DNA of 64,000 nucleotides from Oopsacas minuta (lineage: Eukaryota > Animalia > Porifera). Shown piece by piece: positions 60,801 to 64,000 of this stretch. Within the stretch, counting starts at the first letter, position 1. Each line of letters opens with the position of its first letter. Location: NCBI GenBank assembly GCA_024704765.1, contig JAKMXF010000111.1, positions 450,619 through 514,618 of the forward strand, read 5' to 3'. The notes beneath the pieces were generated by a model that was given only the letters and a program-made list of their open reading frames with translations, searched no databases and was not told the DNA's origin. Position numbers and translations under genes: made by a program.

Positions 60801-62281
60801 TATTATTAATAGTAACACCTTGTCATATGTTACTTATTGTCCCGATTCATATATTATTAATAGTAACACCTTGTCATATGTTACTTATTGTCCCGATTCA
60901 TATATTAGATGTGTATAAGAGACAGCATATTAATAGTAACACCTTGTCATGTTATTTATTGTCCCGATTCATATATTATTAATAGTAACACCTTGTCATA
61001 TGTTACTTATTGTCCCGATTCATATATTATTAATAGTAACACCTTGTCATGTTATTTATTGTCCCGATTCATATATTATTAATAGTAACACCTTGTCATG
61101 TTATTTATTGTCCCGATTCATATATTATTAATAGTAACACCTTGTCATATGTTACTTATTGTCCCGATTCATATATTATTAATAGTAACACCTTGTCATA
61201 TGTTACTTATTGTCCCGATTCATATATTATTAATAGTAACACCTTGTCATATGTTACTTATTGTCCCGATTCATATATTATTAATAGTAACACCTTGTCA
61301 TGTTATTTATTGTCCCGATTCATATATTATTAATAGTAACACCTTGTCATATGTTACTTATTGTCCCGATTCATATATTATTAATAGTAACACCTTGTCA
61401 TATGTTACTTATTGTCCCGATTCATATATTATTAATAGTAACACCTTGTCATATGTTATTTATTGTCCCGATTCATATATTGTTATGTGTTACTTATTGT
61501 CCCGATTCATATATTATTAATAGTAACACCTTGTCATATGTTATTTATTGTCCCGATCCATATATTGTTATGTGTTACTTATTGTCCCGATCCATATATT
61601 GTCATATGTTATTTATTGTCCCGATTCATATATTATTAATAGTAACACCTTGTCATGTTATTTATTGTCCCGATTCATATATTATTAATAGTAACACCTT
61701 GTCATGTTATTTATTGTCCCGATTCATATATTATTAATAGTAACACCTTGTCATATGTTACTTATTGTCCCGATTCATATATTATTAATAGTAACACCTT
61801 GTCATGTTATTTATTGTCCCGATTCATATATTATTAATAGTAACACCTTGTCATGTTATTTATTGTCCCGATTCATATATTATTAATAGTAACACCTTGT
61901 CATATGTTACTTATTGTCCCGATTCATATATTATTAATAGTAACACCTTGTCATATGTTATTTATTGTCCCGATTCATATATTGTTATGTGTTACTTATT
62001 GTCCCGATTCATATATTATTAATAGTAACACCTTGTCATATGTTATTTATTGTCCCGATCCATATATTGTTATGTGTTACTTATTGTCCCGATCCATATA
62101 TTGTTATGTGTTATTTATTGTCCCGATCCATATATTATTAATAGTAACACCTTGTCATATGTTACTTATTGTCCCGATCCATATATTGTTATGTGTTACT
62201 TATTGTCCCGATCCATATATTGTTATGTGTTACTTATTGTCCCGCTACAATAATATTATTAATTCTAACACCTTGTCATAT
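60801..62281. repeat. Minisatellite array, 51/49-bp unit with ~33-bp sub-variants
   Basis: Unit tattattaatagtaacaccttgtcatatgttacttattgtcccgattcata repeated about 30 times; variants lack 'at' or carry gttatgtg / gatcc. Confidence 0.97.
60907..60925 (+). other. Tn5 mosaic end / Nextera adapter sequence (probable library artefact)
   Basis: Exact AGATGTGTATAAGAGACAG interrupting a minisatellite unit. Confidence 0.92.
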
Positions 62282-62544
62282 GGTATTATTCATAAATATT
62301 TACTTCATTATTGTTTACTAAATATTAATTTACCATCCAATACTCATATTAATACATTCCAAATGTGTAATAGCGCTGTTATTCATTTGGTATTTATCAA
62401 TATGGATTGTTTGTTAATTAATATTTAATTATAACAATTTTGTAGTAAAATTTTATTGAATTTATTTTGGTATTATTAGTCCGCTTATAATTATAATCAA
62501 ATAATATTAACTGTTTATCTGTTTGTATGTCTCTTTTTGGTGTT

Positions 62545-62766
62545 CTTTTGGTCTGATATTGATGTTTGTTATTTACTCTTTTGGTCCTGATATTGATGTT
62601 TGTTATTTACTCTTTTGGTCTTGATATTGATGTTTGTTATTTACTCTTTTGGTCCTGATATTGATGTTTGTTATTTACTCTTTTGGTCTTGATATTGATG
62701 TTTGTTATATACTCTTTTGGTCCTGATATTGATGTTTGTTATTTACTCTTTTGGTCTTGATATTGA
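62545..62766. repeat. 34-bp tandem repeat, about 6 copies
   Basis: Unit gatattgatgtttgttatttactcttttggtc(c/t)t. Confidence 0.93.
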
Positions 62767-63107
62767 AGCTTGCTCTTCCTTGGTTACGATGTTACTCCTT
62801 TGGTATTCTTATTGATGGGGGCATCGCGCAAAGGTCATCCACAGGTGTATTGGTGTATATATTTTGAGATTCCTTATATCTAGCTTAGCTGATTACTTAT
62901 TTCTTGTCAAATAGAGAGATACATTTCTAGAATATTCCAACTTTAAATAAATAGGAGAGATTAATAACTAGGCAGTACTTCGTATCTTCTTTGTCATTCA
63001 ACTACGAGCAGCCTACTACTTCGGAGATACCATTTGCATACGTTGAAATGGAAACGGCCAATAAACCATTCATTAGCGCCTGTGAATTTGATGCCCAGGA
63101 GATGATT

Positions 63108-63243
63108 CGTGTTGTGTCGAGTTGTGTCGCGGTGTTGTGTCGAGTTGTGTCGCGGCGGTGTGTTGAGTTGTGTCGTGGTGGTGCGTCGAGTTGTATCGCG
63201 GTGTTGTGTCGAGTTGTATCGCGGTGTTGTGTCGAGTTGTGTT
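63108..63243. repeat. GT-rich pentamer-mosaic tandem repeat
   Basis: gtgttgtgtcgagttgtgtcgcg units. Confidence 0.9.
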
Positions 63244-63249
63244 GCAGAA

Positions 63250-63898
63250 ACGAAAATCGAATACGAATCGACTACGAAATACGAATCGACTACGAATACG
63301 GAATCGAATACGAAATACGAATCGAATACGAAATACGAATCGACTACGAATACGAAATACGAATCGACTACGAATACGAATCGACTACGAATACGGAATC
63401 GAATACGAAATACGAATCGACTACGAATACGGAATCGAATACGAAATACGAATCGACTACGAATACGAAATACGAATCGAATGCGAATCGACTACGAATA
63501 CGAATCGAATACGAAATACGAATCGACTACGAAATACGAATCGACTACGAAATACGAATCGACTACGAAATACGAATCGAATGCGAATACGAATCGACTA
63601 CGAATACGAAATACGAATCGAATGCGAATCGACTACGAATACGAATCGAATACGAAATACGAATCGACTGCGAATACGAATCGAATACGAAATACGAATC
63701 GAATGCGAATACGAATCGACTACGAATACGAATCGACTACGAATACGAAATACGAATCGAATGCGAATCGACTACGAATACGAATCGAATACGAAATACG
63801 AATCGACTACGAATACGAATCGAATACGAAATACGAATCGAATACGAAATACGAATCGAATGCGAATACGAATCGAATGCGAATACGAATCGACTACG
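63250..63898. repeat. Complex microsatellite of gaatac / gaaatac / gaatc / gactac / gaatgc units
   Basis: About 650 bp of visible 5-7-mer mosaic. Confidence 0.95.
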
Positions 63899-64000
63899 TC
63901 AAACGAAACGCACGTAACACTAGTTGGTATTCATCATCCATGGTCTGTACCCTCTCTTAGCCTGATCAACTATTTGAGGATTATGGAACTTGGGTGGCGG

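Noticed and set aside
60779-62428. Many overlapping ORFs (LLIVPIHILLIVTPCHM repeats) and a CRISPR-like look
   Set aside because: They are translations of a 51-bp minisatellite. The units abut with no unique spacers, there are no cas genes, and the context is eukaryotic.
62991-63960. 308-aa and 283-aa ORFs
   Set aside because: They consist almost entirely of microsatellite translations (RIEYEI / YESNTK), open in two frames because the units lack stops. The short unique N-terminal part (YEQP, YVEM) has no further support.
63915-64000. Minus-strand NPQIVDQAKRGYR resembling Src-type kinase subdomain X
   Set aside because: It is too short, truncated by the window edge, and ends in a stop before the expected conserved residues.

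Overview
AT-rich, gene-dense eukaryotic (animal) DNA with short GT-AG introns. The compactness, gene nesting and gene repertoire suggest an early-branching metazoan such as a glass sponge; this is inference and was not tested. Exons were reconstructed by hand and checked for splice phase. Left to right: an inverted copy of a transmembrane exon; a ~2250-aa C-type-lectin / 20x Ig-like / FN3 / TM receptor with two apparent frameshifts; two tandem cathepsin D/pepsin-family proteases (-); PSAT1 (+) with ALG1 nested antisense in intron 1; a small secreted orphan (-); a co-directional run ADAM10 - CAPZA - Rab32/38/29-like - VPS35 (+); Artemis/DCLRE1C (-); a short bZIP (+); an intronless ankyrin protein (-); a J-domain pseudogene; a 22-exon KIF16B (+) hosting the whole 10-exon POLR2B in intron 1 and an NMRK-like gene in intron 4, both antisense; a mosaic of MYG1, tyrosine kinase and ASTE1 fragments; and several tandem arrays, one containing a Tn5/Nextera adapter sequence (an assembly artefact). 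Several MITE families occupy introns. The best leads are the triple antisense nesting, a 5-nt microexon supplying the Gly-Lys of the Rab P-loop, the modular lectin-Ig receptor with its inverted TM-exon duplicate, and the gene-fragment mosaic. No rRNA, tRNA or CRISPR array was recognised.
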